NCBI GenBank assembly: GCA_964652255.1
Contig: CAZZBM010000001.1
Location: 440,920 to 504,919, forward strand
Reading direction: 5' to 3'
Source: an uncultured bacterium
GTDB lineage: Bacteria; Bdellovibrionota; Bacteriovoracia; Bacteriovoracales; CAZZBM01
DNA length: 64,000 nt
Shown here piece after piece: positions 25,942-35,461 of this stretch; position 1 is the stretch's first letter; every line of letters begins with the position of its first letter. The position numbers and the translations under genes are program-made. Under the pieces are notes generated by a model, which saw only the letters and a program-made list of their open reading frames with translations, searched no databases and was not told the DNA's origin.

Positions 25942-26265
25942 ATGAGTTGGCTTGTTTTGATTTTAGCAGGACTATGTGAAATTGTTTGGGCTTTGGGTTT
26001 AAAATTTTCAAATGGTCTTACAAAACCTATAGAGTCAGCTGTGACAATATTTTTTATGATCTTTAGTTTGTATCTATTAGCAGTAGCTAGTCGAGAAATA
26101 CCTATAGGGTTATCTTATACCGTATGGGTCGGAATAGGGTCTATTGGAGCTTTTGTTGGTAATATTGTTTTGTTTCAAGAAAAGGCTTCAAGTGTTCAGA
26201 TTTTCTTCTTTACTGTTATTGTTGTTGGTATTCTTGGATTAAAATTGAGTTCTTTAAAGAGATAA
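25942..26265 (+). CDS. sugE: SMR-family exporter (SugE/Gdx-like)
   Basis: 107 aa. Motifs are LAGLCEIVWALGLKFS (TM1 Glu) and LSYTVWVGIGSIGAFVGNIVLFQE. Confidence 0.8.
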   Translation: MSWLVLILAGLCEIVWALGLKFSNGLTKPIESAVTIFFMIFSLYLLAVASREIPIGLSYTVWVGIGSIGAFVGNIVLFQEKASSVQIFFFTVIVVGILGLKLSSLKR

Positions 26266-26297
26266 TTTTTTTTAAAAAAATTCCGATAAAAGGAGTT

Positions 26298-26423
26298 ATG
26301 AAATTTGTCTTTCTTTTGTTATCTTTTTGTACTCCTTGTAAAGATTGTAAAAATAAATCTTTATTAGAGGAAGAAAAAGAAGAAGCTAGAAAAACAAGTG
26401 GTTTTTATATTGAAGATAAATGA
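26298..26423 (+). CDS. Small putative lipoprotein (41 aa); not in the ORF track
   Basis: The translation is MKFVFLLLSFCTPCKDCKNKSLLEEEKEEARKTSGFYIEDK, with a lipobox-like LSFC. AGGAG lies immediately upstream, but the spacing is short. Confidence 0.3.
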   Translation: MKFVFLLLSFCTPCKDCKNKSLLEEEKEEARKTSGFYIEDK

Positions 26424-26438
26424 GTATAATAAGACTAA

Positions 26439-26963
26439 GTGACTCTTTTTTTATGGTCTTGTTCTACAAATTATATTGATCATTTAAAAGAAAAAATTCA
26501 TTCTTTCTCTTTATTCGAGAAGCAACAGTTCCTTCAACAATTAACAAATCTTAAGTCTTTCAAGTTAAAAAGAGTTCTTTTAAAAGAATGGGAGTTGGAA
26601 GCGACTTGTTATGAACCTAAATTTCTTTATAAAGGTGAAACTTATCTAGAAAATGGAGATCTTTTTAAAGAAAAAACTTTGGAAAATTTAGTTTTAGTTC
26701 AAGGAGATTTTCAGCAAGTTTTAAATTTTTATCAACTCATTAAGAACTTAAATTTTAAAAATGAATTAAAAGAAATTCAGATCCTGCCTAGTGAATCTTT
26801 ACTTGTTTCTTTTCATCCTTCTCTTGTTTTCTTTCTTCCTATGAAACCTTCTTTAGAAACTTTAGCAAAAATGGAAGAAATTTTTTTAAACTTAAAAAAA
26901 GAAAAAATTCTTTTAAAAACCATTGATCTAAGAAATTCTCAAAAAGTTCTTGTAAAGTTTTAA
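26439..26963 (+). CDS. FtsQ/DivIB-like protein (short, no clear TM)
   Basis: It sits immediately upstream of ftsA-ftsZ. The beta-rich region ELEATCYEPKFLYKGETYLENGDLF...IQILPSESLLVSF resembles the FtsQ POTRA/beta domain. GTG start. Confidence 0.4.
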   Translation: MTLFLWSCSTNYIDHLKEKIHSFSLFEKQQFLQQLTNLKSFKLKRVLLKEWELEATCYEPKFLYKGETYLENGDLFKEKTLENLVLVQGDFQQVLNFYQLIKNLNFKNELKEIQILPSESLLVSFHPSLVFFLPMKPSLETLAKMEEIFLNLKKEKILLKTIDLRNSQKVLVKF

Positions 26964-27001
26964 AACCTAGGTACCATAAGAAATAGAGGATAGGATGTCC
27001 T

Positions 27002-28201
27002 ATGAAGTCATACATAGCAGCTATTGATGTTGGAACTACAAAAGTGTGTACTCTTATTGCTCAAAAAGAGGGGGACTCTTTAGAGGTGATTGGACTAGGT
27101 TGTTCTCAAAGTCTAGGTCTAAAAAAGGGCTCCATTGTTGATCTAGAAAGTACCATTGAATCGATTGAACAATCTCTTGAAGAAGCAAAAAAAATGGCTT
27201 CTTTAATTAAAATAGAAGAAGCTGTTATTAGTATTGCTGGAAGTCATATTGCTTCTTTTAATACTTCTGGTGTTGTTGCCGTTAGGGATAAAGAAATTAC
27301 AGAGGAAGATATTAAAAGAGCTCTTGAAGCTGCTAAAAGTATTTTACTCCCAGTTGATCGTGAAATTCTTCATGTTTTACCTAAAGAATATAAAGTAGAT
27401 CATTTGGGAGGAATTAAAAATCCTTTGGGAATGATTGGACTTAGACTTGAAGTGCAAGTTCATATTGTGACAGCTTCCTCTGCTTTGATTCAAAATTTAG
27501 TAAAATGTGTTTTAAAAGCAGGGGTTCATCCTGAAAAAATTGTTTTACAACCTCTAGCTTCTTCTCTTTCTGTATTAAGCCATGAAGAAAAAGATTTAGG
27601 AATTCTTCTTATTGATATTGGAGGAGGAACGACAGATTTAGCTTTATGGAAAGAAGGATCTCTTCTTTTTTCGTCTAGTCTCCCGATTGGTGGTCAACAT
27701 TTTACCTATGATTTAGCCCAAGCTTTAAGAATTAGTCAGATGGAAGCTGAGAGATTAAAGGTGAAAGAAGGGACTCTTTTTGAAGAAGATAAAAGTGTTA
27801 CTTTGCAGGGTCTTGTAGGTATGAAACCCAGAGAGATTAGTTCAAGGCTTTTAAGGGAAATTCTTTTAGCCAGAAGTTATGAGTTAGCAACTGTGATTCA
27901 GAAAACACTCAAAGAAAAAGAATTGTTAAAATTTATGACTGGTGGAATTGTTCTTACTGGAGGAGGAGCTTACTTAAAAGGTTTAATTGAATTTTTTGAA
28001 TCTTTTTTTCAAAAACCAGTGAAATTAGGACTTCCTAGAAAATTTTGCAAAATGGATCAAGCTTTAATTCATCCAAAATTTTCTACTGCTCTTGGATTAT
28101 TATTAGAAAATCCATCTAAAAGTCATAAGGTTTATCAACATCATTGGTTAGTTTCAAAATTTAAAAATAAAATTAAAGAATTTTTTACAGATATATTTTA
28201 A
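27002..28201 (+). CDS. ftsA: Cell division protein FtsA
   Basis: Actin-fold motifs AAIDVGTTKVC and DIGGGTTDLALW, plus a C-terminal amphipathic helix KFKNKIKEFFTDIF. Confidence 0.95.
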   Translation: MKSYIAAIDVGTTKVCTLIAQKEGDSLEVIGLGCSQSLGLKKGSIVDLESTIESIEQSLEEAKKMASLIKIEEAVISIAGSHIASFNTSGVVAVRDKEITEEDIKRALEAAKSILLPVDREILHVLPKEYKVDHLGGIKNPLGMIGLRLEVQVHIVTASSALIQNLVKCVLKAGVHPEKIVLQPLASSLSVLSHEEKDLGILLIDIGGGTTDLALWKEGSLLFSSSLPIGGQHFTYDLAQALRISQMEAERLKVKEGTLFEEDKSVTLQGLVGMKPREISSRLLREILLARSYELATVIQKTLKEKELLKFMTGGIVLTGGGAYLKGLIEFFESFFQKPVKLGLPRKFCKMDQALIHPKFSTALGLLLENPSKSHKVYQHHWLVSKFKNKIKEFFTDIF

Positions 28202-28211
28202 GGAGGAGCTC

Positions 28212-29300
28212 ATGGAAGAGGTTAGAGCGAAAATAAAAGTCATTGCCGTTGGTGGAGCTGGTGGTAATGCCGTAAATACAATGATTAGAGAAAATTTGCA
28301 GGGCATTGATTATATTGCAGTGAATACTGATTATCAAGCTTTGGCTCTCAATTTAGCTCCACACAAATTACAAATTGGTCAAGAAATTACTAAGGGTTTA
28401 GGAGCTGGTTCAAATCCTGAAGTTGGAAAACAAGCAGCTTTAGAAAATTATGAAAAAATAGGAGAGATGCTCTCAGGAGCTGATATGATTTTTATTACAG
28501 CTGGAATGGGTGGCGGGACAGGAACAGGAGCTGCTCCTGTTATAGCAAAATTAGCTAAGGAGTTAGGAGCTTTAACTATTGGAGTGGTGACAAAGCCTTT
28601 TAAATTTGAAGGAAAAAGAAAACAACAACAAGCTTTACAGGGAATTGAAGCTTTAAAAGACCATGTGGATTCTTTAATTACAATTCCTAATGATAAGTTA
28701 TTAGATTTTGCAGGGGCTAATTTAACTCTTGTTGAAACTTTTAAAAAAGCTGATGATATTCTCGTTCAAGCTGTGAAAGGGATTTCAGATTTAATTAATC
28801 AAACTGGTTTAATTAATACAGACTTTGCTGATATCTGTACTATTATGGGTAAAAGAGGATTAGCTCTTATGGGCACTGGAATTTCTTCTGGAGAAAAAAG
28901 GGCTCTTAAGGCTGCTCAGCAAGCTATAGAATCTCCTTTATTAGAAAATCTTAAAATAGATGGAGCTACGGGTCTGATTATTAATATTTCTGGAAATGAG
29001 CAGCTAGCTACAAGTGAAGTTTATGAAGCAGTTCAATTTATTACAGAAGCAGCAGACTCTGATGCTGATATTATTTTTGGAGCTGTCATAGATGACAACT
29101 TGGGTGAAGAAGTTAAGATTACAGTTATTGCAACGGGAATTGATCAAAATCAGCATGCTTTTGCTGGAGAGAAAAAAATTGCTCCTAAAGAAGAGTCTTT
29201 TAAAGAACAACATTATCAAGAAGATCAATTTGATACACCAAGTTACTTGAGAAATAATAGAACAGAATTTCATTTTAAAACAAGAAGAGAAACTATATAA
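28212..29300 (+). CDS. ftsZ: Cell division protein FtsZ
   Basis: Motifs GGAGGNAVNTMI and the tubulin signature GMGGGTGTGAAPVIA, plus the C-terminal peptide DTPSYLRN. Confidence 0.97.
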   Translation: MEEVRAKIKVIAVGGAGGNAVNTMIRENLQGIDYIAVNTDYQALALNLAPHKLQIGQEITKGLGAGSNPEVGKQAALENYEKIGEMLSGADMIFITAGMGGGTGTGAAPVIAKLAKELGALTIGVVTKPFKFEGKRKQQQALQGIEALKDHVDSLITIPNDKLLDFAGANLTLVETFKKADDILVQAVKGISDLINQTGLINTDFADICTIMGKRGLALMGTGISSGEKRALKAAQQAIESPLLENLKIDGATGLIINISGNEQLATSEVYEAVQFITEAADSDADIIFGAVIDDNLGEEVKITVIATGIDQNQHAFAGEKKIAPKEESFKEQHYQEDQFDTPSYLRNNRTEFHFKTRRETI

Positions 29301-29307
29301 TTAAAGA

Positions 29308-30537
29308 GTGATTTGGATTTTTGCCTATCTTTTATCTCAAGAGCATTATCATGTAAGAGATCTAAAGACAGGCAAAATTCTTTTATCTTTGAATGAAAAA
29401 AACTCTGTCAGTATTTTTTCTATCAGTAAAATTTTTTTAGCTTACTTATGTTTAAAACATTTAAATGCTGAAGAAACTTTTCAGACAAAAGTTTTTTATG
29501 ATGGAGTTCTAGAAAAGAAAATCTTAAAAGGAAATCTTTATTTAGAGGGTGGTGGAGACCCATACTTAGGAGCTAATGAAATTTTGAAGATTGTTTTAAA
29601 AGTTAAAAGTAAAATTCAAATTATTGAAGGAAAAATTCTGTTAAAAAAATCTAATTTTCCTAAGGTGATCACTTTAAGTGAAGAATTTCCTATAGAAGAC
29701 CCTTACAATACAAGTCTTTCCTTTTTAAATTTTGAATGGAATCGTTTTAAATCTTCAATAAATTCATCTTATTATTCTTTTGACTTTTTTCCGGAAGAAA
29801 AAATTTCTGTGGAAAAAAAATCTTCAGGAGAAGAGTGGAAAGGCTTGTCTTTAAAAAAAGAAATACCTTTAAAGTATCCAGAAAAATTTGTTCAATCTTA
29901 TTTTGAGCATCTTTTAACTTCTTTTATTCAAGTTAAAAAAAGAACAATAGAAAAAACCAAACTTGAAGTTTTAGAAGTTGAAAAAAGTTTAGATCTAAAA
30001 ATCATGATTAAAAATTTATTAGAATATAGCAATAACTTAATAGCTGAAGCTTTAGCAGCTAAGTTAATTCATAAGTTGGAACCACAAGAGAAAAAAAATC
30101 TTATTTTAAAAAAAAAATTACAGCAAAGACTTCAACAAGAAAGTTCTAGTTTTAAAGTAGAGCATGCTTCAGGTTTAAGTTCAAAAAATAAGATTATATT
30201 ATCTTCTCTCACTTCTTGGCTTCAAGAGAAAGCTTTCGATTCTTTTCATGGAGAGTTTTTTATGAATATTTTACCCAAAAAAGAATCTGCTTTTGATGCC
30301 TATAAAGTATTTGCTAAATCTGGGACTGGTCATTTTAGCATTAGTTTAGCAGGCTATTTGTTAACTAAAAAACATCACTGGATTGTTTTTGCTCATTCTG
30401 TTTTTGATGAAAATAAAAGGATTTTATTAAGTTCTAACCCTTATAATGAAAAACTTATTAAACAAGCTCATGTTTTTCAAAAAGAAGCTAAAAAAAAACA
30501 AGAAGAATTTTTGAAAAATCTTTACGAAAATTATTGA
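29308..30537 (+). CDS. dacB: PBP4-type D-alanyl-D-alanine carboxypeptidase/endopeptidase (peptidase S13-like)
   Basis: Motifs SISK (SxxK), LEGGGDPYL and KSGTG (KTG-type). GTG start. Confidence 0.7.
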   Translation: MIWIFAYLLSQEHYHVRDLKTGKILLSLNEKNSVSIFSISKIFLAYLCLKHLNAEETFQTKVFYDGVLEKKILKGNLYLEGGGDPYLGANEILKIVLKVKSKIQIIEGKILLKKSNFPKVITLSEEFPIEDPYNTSLSFLNFEWNRFKSSINSSYYSFDFFPEEKISVEKKSSGEEWKGLSLKKEIPLKYPEKFVQSYFEHLLTSFIQVKKRTIEKTKLEVLEVEKSLDLKIMIKNLLEYSNNLIAEALAAKLIHKLEPQEKKNLILKKKLQQRLQQESSSFKVEHASGLSSKNKIILSSLTSWLQEKAFDSFHGEFFMNILPKKESAFDAYKVFAKSGTGHFSISLAGYLLTKKHHWIVFAHSVFDENKRILLSSNPYNEKLIKQAHVFQKEAKKKQEEFLKNLYENY

Positions 30538-31376
30538 TAAACTTTTCCAAAAATAGGAGCGGTGAAGTCAATACCTTCTTCTTTGCTTAATTTTTCAATC
30601 AGTTCACGTGGTTCATGAAAAGGTTCATCACCTAAGGGAAAAGTTTCAAAGTGAATACCATAATTTTTTTTACTCTTTAAATCTTTAGCTATCTGAAGAG
30701 CTTCTTGAGGATTAATATGATAGTTTTTTAAAATAAAATTTGGTTCATAAGCTCCAATGGGAATAAAAGCAATATCAATATTAAATTGAGCATAATCTTT
30801 AAAGATAGGGGTATAGGCAGTGTCTCCAGTGAAGTAAAAAGTTTTTTCAGGGTGTTGTATAAGAAAAGATCCTGGAATGGTGACATCATTAAAAATCATT
30901 TTTATTAAATTTCTTCCAGAACGATGTTTAACAGGTAGAAATTTAAAAACAGTATCTTTAATTTTTACTTCTTCAAAGGGTTGAAGTTCAATTACATGAA
31001 AACCTTTAAAAAAATTTTTATATTTAGGACCAACAATAAGAGTAATATTTTTGTTTTTAAAAAAATGAAGAGTTTTAATATCAAGATGATCATAGTGATC
31101 ATGGCTTAAACAAATAATATCAATTGGAGGCAACTCTTCAAGAGTAACAGGAAGAGGGGTAAGCCTTCTTGGTCCAAAAGGACCTATTCCAGCTCTTTTA
31201 GAAAAAATAGGATCAAAAAGAATAGTTAGGTTTGATAGTTTTAATAAAACACTACTATGTCCTAAAATGGTCCATTCAATATTGTCAGTGAAAGATGGTT
31301 TTTCATAATGAAAAACTGTGGGTAATGGCTGATTTTTTCTTGAAAGAAGCCAGAGAATAATTTTAAAAAACATCAT
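30531..31376 (-). CDS. MBL-fold metallo-hydrolase
   Basis: Contains the ICLSHDHYDHLD (HxHxDH) motif. A short N-terminal hydrophobic segment is present. Confidence 0.7.
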   Translation of the reverse strand: MMFFKIILWLLSRKNQPLPTVFHYEKPSFTDNIEWTILGHSSVLLKLSNLTILFDPIFSKRAGIGPFGPRRLTPLPVTLEELPPIDIICLSHDHYDHLDIKTLHFFKNKNITLIVGPKYKNFFKGFHVIELQPFEEVKIKDTVFKFLPVKHRSGRNLIKMIFNDVTIPGSFLIQHPEKTFYFTGDTAYTPIFKDYAQFNIDIAFIPIGAYEPNFILKNYHINPQEALQIAKDLKSKKNYGIHFETFPLGDEPFHEPRELIEKLSKEEGIDFTAPIFGKVYQ

Positions 31377-32926
31377 AGAAAAGAGATAATTTCTACTCTG
31401 GAACCAAGAAGATGTTCAAGTCCTTTTTTAAAACTAGCTAATTGAAAATTTTGTTTTGACTGAAATCTTTTACAATAATTTTTTGCTTCTCTAGGGAGTC
31501 CAATGGAATGAAATCTAATTTTTTCTCCCTGTGGCATTAAAATGAGAACACCTCGTTCAGCAATTCTTTGTCTCTCCTTTAATGTCTCTTCTTCGAGAAG
31601 AATTTTATTATTATTATAAGCAAGGCTGGGCAGAGCTTCTTCACTGGTTTTAGTCAGTCGACCAGATTCATCTAAATGAAGAGTGTCGTAATTTAAGGCA
31701 AGCATAGGGTAGACTTCTGGATAATGTTCTTTGATGAATTTAATGTGTTTATGTAAATAATAGGTATCTCCATGAACAGGAGTAAAATGAGTGGGCTTAA
31801 AGGCTTTAAGAAGTAAATGTAAGTCTTCTTGGGCTGGATGACCTGAGGCATGAATAAGGGTTTCTTCAGAGGTAATAATCTCAGCTTCTTGTTCCGTTGC
31901 TTTGTCATAGAGACGATAAATGAAGCGATCATTACCTGTTCCTGGAATAGGTCTAGAGCTAAAAACAATCAAATCATCTTGTTGAAGTTTGGTTTTAGTT
32001 TTTCCAAAAATAATTTGACTCAGGGCACTTCTTGGATCTCCTTGGCATCCAGCACAAAAGATTAAGGAGTTTTCATGACTAAGAAGAGAATCTTTTTCTC
32101 TAAGATCATGATAAGAATCAATGTTTAAAAGACCTAATTGTTTTCCAATTTTGATATTTTGCAAAAGACTTTTTCCAGAAAAATAAATTTCACGATTATA
32201 TTTTTTAGCTATATTGACAAAACTTTGAATACGATGAAAATGAGAAGAAAAGAGAGTAACAAAGATTCTTTTATTAGGTTTTTTTAAAATAGCTTCAATT
32301 TGAGGAAGCAGATCTCCTTCAGAAGGAGTTTTTTTAGGAGAAAAAATAGCAGTACTACCAGCTAAAAGATAACGAATTTTTTTATGTTGAAATTGTTCAA
32401 GAGCTTTTAAATTAAAAGGTTGTTCATAGGGTTGATGAAGATCAATCTTAAAGTCTGAAGCAAAAAGAAGAACAGCTTCAGGGGATTCAAAAACAAGAAT
32501 ATTGGTTTCAGGGACAGAATGATTAATAGGAAGAGGGTAGATTTTAAAGTTATCTATTGTAAGTGAGTCTAGTGAATGAAACTTTAACTTTCTCTTTTTT
32601 CTTTCATAGGAAAGCTTTTTTTCTATAAAAGCTTGAACAAGAGCAGAGCAATAAATTTCTAAATGAGGATACCAATCTAGAAGATGTGGAATAGCCCCAA
32701 TATGGTCTTCATGAGCATGAGTAATAATAACCTTTTTTAATCTTTGTTCATGATTTTTTAAAGCTCTTTTAAAATCAGGGATCAGATATTGAACCCCATA
32801 GCTTTTATCTGCAGGAAAATTTAATCCTGCATCAATAAGAAGATCTTCTTTTTTAAACTGAAATAATGTCGCATTTTGACCAATTCTTTTGGCTCCACCA
32901 AGAAACTTAATGGCTAGTAAATTCAC
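31373..32926 (-). CDS. rnj: Ribonuclease J
   Basis: Metallo-beta-lactamase/beta-CASP layout with ITHAHEDHIGAIPHLL and IHASGHPAQEDL. 517 aa. Confidence 0.85.
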   Translation of the reverse strand: MNLLAIKFLGGAKRIGQNATLFQFKKEDLLIDAGLNFPADKSYGVQYLIPDFKRALKNHEQRLKKVIITHAHEDHIGAIPHLLDWYPHLEIYCSALVQAFIEKKLSYERKKRKLKFHSLDSLTIDNFKIYPLPINHSVPETNILVFESPEAVLLFASDFKIDLHQPYEQPFNLKALEQFQHKKIRYLLAGSTAIFSPKKTPSEGDLLPQIEAILKKPNKRIFVTLFSSHFHRIQSFVNIAKKYNREIYFSGKSLLQNIKIGKQLGLLNIDSYHDLREKDSLLSHENSLIFCAGCQGDPRSALSQIIFGKTKTKLQQDDLIVFSSRPIPGTGNDRFIYRLYDKATEQEAEIITSEETLIHASGHPAQEDLHLLLKAFKPTHFTPVHGDTYYLHKHIKFIKEHYPEVYPMLALNYDTLHLDESGRLTKTSEEALPSLAYNNNKILLEEETLKERQRIAERGVLILMPQGEKIRFHSIGLPREAKNYCKRFQSKQNFQLASFKKGLEHLLGSRVEIISFL

Positions 32927-33557
32927 GGATATCCTTTTTATCTAAAAAACTTCTTAGACTTGATGTTAAAATTTTTACAGAAAGACTTAAATCTTCTCCC
33001 AAAAGGAGATCAGCATAAACTTTTTGTGGAGCAATAAACTTATGATACATAGGTTTAACAGTGAGATAGTACTGATTAATAGTCCCTTCCAAATTTCTTC
33101 CTCTTTCCTTTAGGTCTCTTTGTAATCTTCGAATAAATCTTGTATCAGCATCAACCTCAACAAAACATCTTAAATCCATTATAGACCTAATATCAGGATC
33201 ATGAAAAGCAAAAATTCCTTCTAGAATTAATAAAGGACTGGGCTTGAAAAAAGTATATCCTGTTCTGGCATTTGTTTTATAATCATAGAGAGGAAGCTCA
33301 ATAGGGTGACCACTTCTTAGGGTTGTTAAATCTTTTTTTAATCTTGTCCAATCCACAGAATCTGGATGATCAAAATTCATTAAAGGATGATGATTTTCTT
33401 GATGAAGGTAATAAGAATCTAGTTGAATACACTGAGCTACATCTTTTAAATAAGGATCTTGAAGAAGATATTTTGAGAGAGTGGTTTTACCTGATCCAGA
33501 GCCCCCTGAAATCCCTATAATAAAAGCCATAATTTGCCTATCTAACATGCAAGCCAT
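32907..33557 (-). CDS. udk: Uridine kinase
   Basis: P-loop GISGGSGSGKTT, plus FVEVDADTRFIRRLQRDLKERGR. Confidence 0.85.
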   Translation of the reverse strand: MACMLDRQIMAFIIGISGGSGSGKTTLSKYLLQDPYLKDVAQCIQLDSYYLHQENHHPLMNFDHPDSVDWTRLKKDLTTLRSGHPIELPLYDYKTNARTGYTFFKPSPLLILEGIFAFHDPDIRSIMDLRCFVEVDADTRFIRRLQRDLKERGRNLEGTINQYYLTVKPMYHKFIAPQKVYADLLLGEDLSLSVKILTSSLRSFLDKKDIREFTSH

Positions 33558-33605
33558 CTTTATACAACGTCTATTTTTTACTATGAAAAAATGTTATAGA
33601 AGATT

Positions 33606-34406
33606 ATGTTTTCAGTGAGCTATCAGGGAATTTTTCCTCAAGATTTTAAAAAAAATGTTCAAATTCTTTCTAAGCTTTGTCAGTGTCAAGGATATGCAGA
33701 GGAAGAGGAAAATCCTGACAAGGAAGATTTTGATAAAATGGTTTTTTTCTTTGAAAAAAGAAAATCTGCCGAAATTTTTCAAGAAGTTCTTCTTAAGCAT
33801 AATAAAAAAGTGAAGCCCGTTCTTACAAAAGTTAAGGTGGATTTATGGAAAAAGTATTTAAAACCCTTTAAAATTGGAGCACTTAAGATCGTACCTTTTC
33901 AAGATGGTTTTAAAAAAAAGAAAAATGAAATTCTTTTAAAAATTGGAGAAGCCTTTGGAACAGGTCATCATGAAACTACTAAGCTTTGTCTAGATCTTCT
34001 TCAAAAAATACCTTCTCAAAAAAACATTCTTGATTTAGGGTGTGGTAGTGGAATTCTCACTTTGGCTTATCTAGAAAAATATCCAAAATCTTTTTTAGAA
34101 TCTGTAGATATTGATCCTAAAGCTCTAAAATTAACTCAAGAAAATCTTTTTTTGAATAAAAAAGAAGCTCAAGTAGGGCGAAAGCCTAAAAGAAAAAAAT
34201 ATGATCTTGTTTTAGCAAATATTCTTCTAGAAACACTCATTGAATTAAAAGATTTTTTAAAAAATCAACAGTATTTAATTCTTTCTGGAATCACTCAAGA
34301 CCAAGAAAAAATTTTGCTTCAACAGTTCTCTTCTATGAAGTGTCTTGCTATTAGAAGAAAAAATAATTGGAGTGCACTACTTTTAGGCCATGAAAGGACT
34401 TTATAA
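33606..34406 (+). CDS. prmA: Ribosomal protein L11 methyltransferase
   Basis: Motifs GEAFGTGHHETTKLCL and the SAM motif LDLGCGSGIL. Confidence 0.8.
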   Translation: MFSVSYQGIFPQDFKKNVQILSKLCQCQGYAEEEENPDKEDFDKMVFFFEKRKSAEIFQEVLLKHNKKVKPVLTKVKVDLWKKYLKPFKIGALKIVPFQDGFKKKKNEILLKIGEAFGTGHHETTKLCLDLLQKIPSQKNILDLGCGSGILTLAYLEKYPKSFLESVDIDPKALKLTQENLFLNKKEAQVGRKPKRKKYDLVLANILLETLIELKDFLKNQQYLILSGITQDQEKILLQQFSSMKCLAIRRKNNWSALLLGHERTL

Positions 34407-35013
34407 AAAAAATTTTAGACAACAAGAGACTATTCTTGTCGAAGGAGAAGATTTTCATCATTTAATTCATGTGATGAGATTTCGAGAAGGGGATCAAATT
34501 TGTCTTTTGGATGGAGAAGGCAATAAAAGTATTGCCACTATTGAAAAATTAAGTAAAAAAAATTTTATCTTAAAGCCAAAAAACATTTTTTTTGAAGAAA
34601 AAAAGAAACAACCTAAAATTATTCTTTGTGTCTCAAAAGCTTTTCAAGATTGTCTTCACATCGCTGTTGAATGTGGCTTAGACAGTATATATTATTATTA
34701 TTCTGAGTATTCTCAAAAAATTTCTTTAAAAAGAGTAGGTAAGATTATCAAACAAGCCATGGAGCAAAGTTTAAATCCTTACTATTTAGAGCTCATACTA
34801 TTAGATCAACTGCCTTCTTCCCTGACTATTTGCACAACAGAAAAAAAAACTCAATTTCAACCTACTGACTATTATCTTATTGGCCCTGAGGGAGGTTTTA
34901 GCGAACAAGAATTATCCCAAGCTTCTTCTTTTCTTCATTTTTCTACTTCTATTTTAAAAACACCTACAGCTCTTTCCTATGCTTTAGGTTTTTTAAAAAA
35001 AGAGTTAGAATAA
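34390..35013 (+). CDS. rsmE: 16S rRNA (uracil1498-N3)-methyltransferase
   Basis: N-terminal HLIHVMRFREGDQICLLDGEG and C-terminal LIGPEGGFSEQEL...ILKTPTA. Confidence 0.75.
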   Translation: MKGLYKKNFRQQETILVEGEDFHHLIHVMRFREGDQICLLDGEGNKSIATIEKLSKKNFILKPKNIFFEEKKKQPKIILCVSKAFQDCLHIAVECGLDSIYYYYSEYSQKISLKRVGKIIKQAMEQSLNPYYLELILLDQLPSSLTICTTEKKTQFQPTDYYLIGPEGGFSEQELSQASSFLHFSTSILKTPTALSYALGFLKKELE

Positions 35014-35017
35014 AAAT

Positions 35018-35461
35018 ATGTATAGACCCATTGATGAAGGATTAGGATTTCATAAAAAAGAAAAAACAGAAAAGACAGTTTTCTTTAAGGAAGAGAAGTT
35101 TACTTTTCAACCAGAGGAAATCATTACTGTTGAAAAAAAGAGTTTATTAGTTCCCAGATTTTTAGCCTACACAATAGATTTAATGATCATTGTCACCATG
35201 AGTTTAACTTTTTTTTATTTTTATGAACTACCTTTTTATTACATAACTTATTTTTATACTGTGATTTTTTTTTCTTATTTTTTATGTTTCTGGCAAGATC
35301 AAACCTTGGGTCAATTTTTAACAGGTATAAAAATTGATGAAAAAAAATTTTCAAAACTTTTCATCAGAGCTTTTCTTCTCTTTATTGCACCTCTGACTTT
35401 AGGACTTTTTTTTATTAAAGATGAAGAATCAATTTCAGGGACTAAGGTTTTAGAATACTAA
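35018..35461 (+). CDS. RDD-family-like membrane protein
   Basis: PRFLAYTIDLMII, followed by TM segments and QTLGQFLTGIKI. This is a typical RDD-domain layout. Confidence 0.45.
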   Translation: MYRPIDEGLGFHKKEKTEKTVFFKEEKFTFQPEEIITVEKKSLLVPRFLAYTIDLMIIVTMSLTFFYFYELPFYYITYFYTVIFFSYFLCFWQDQTLGQFLTGIKIDEKKFSKLFIRAFLLFIAPLTLGLFFIKDEESISGTKVLEY

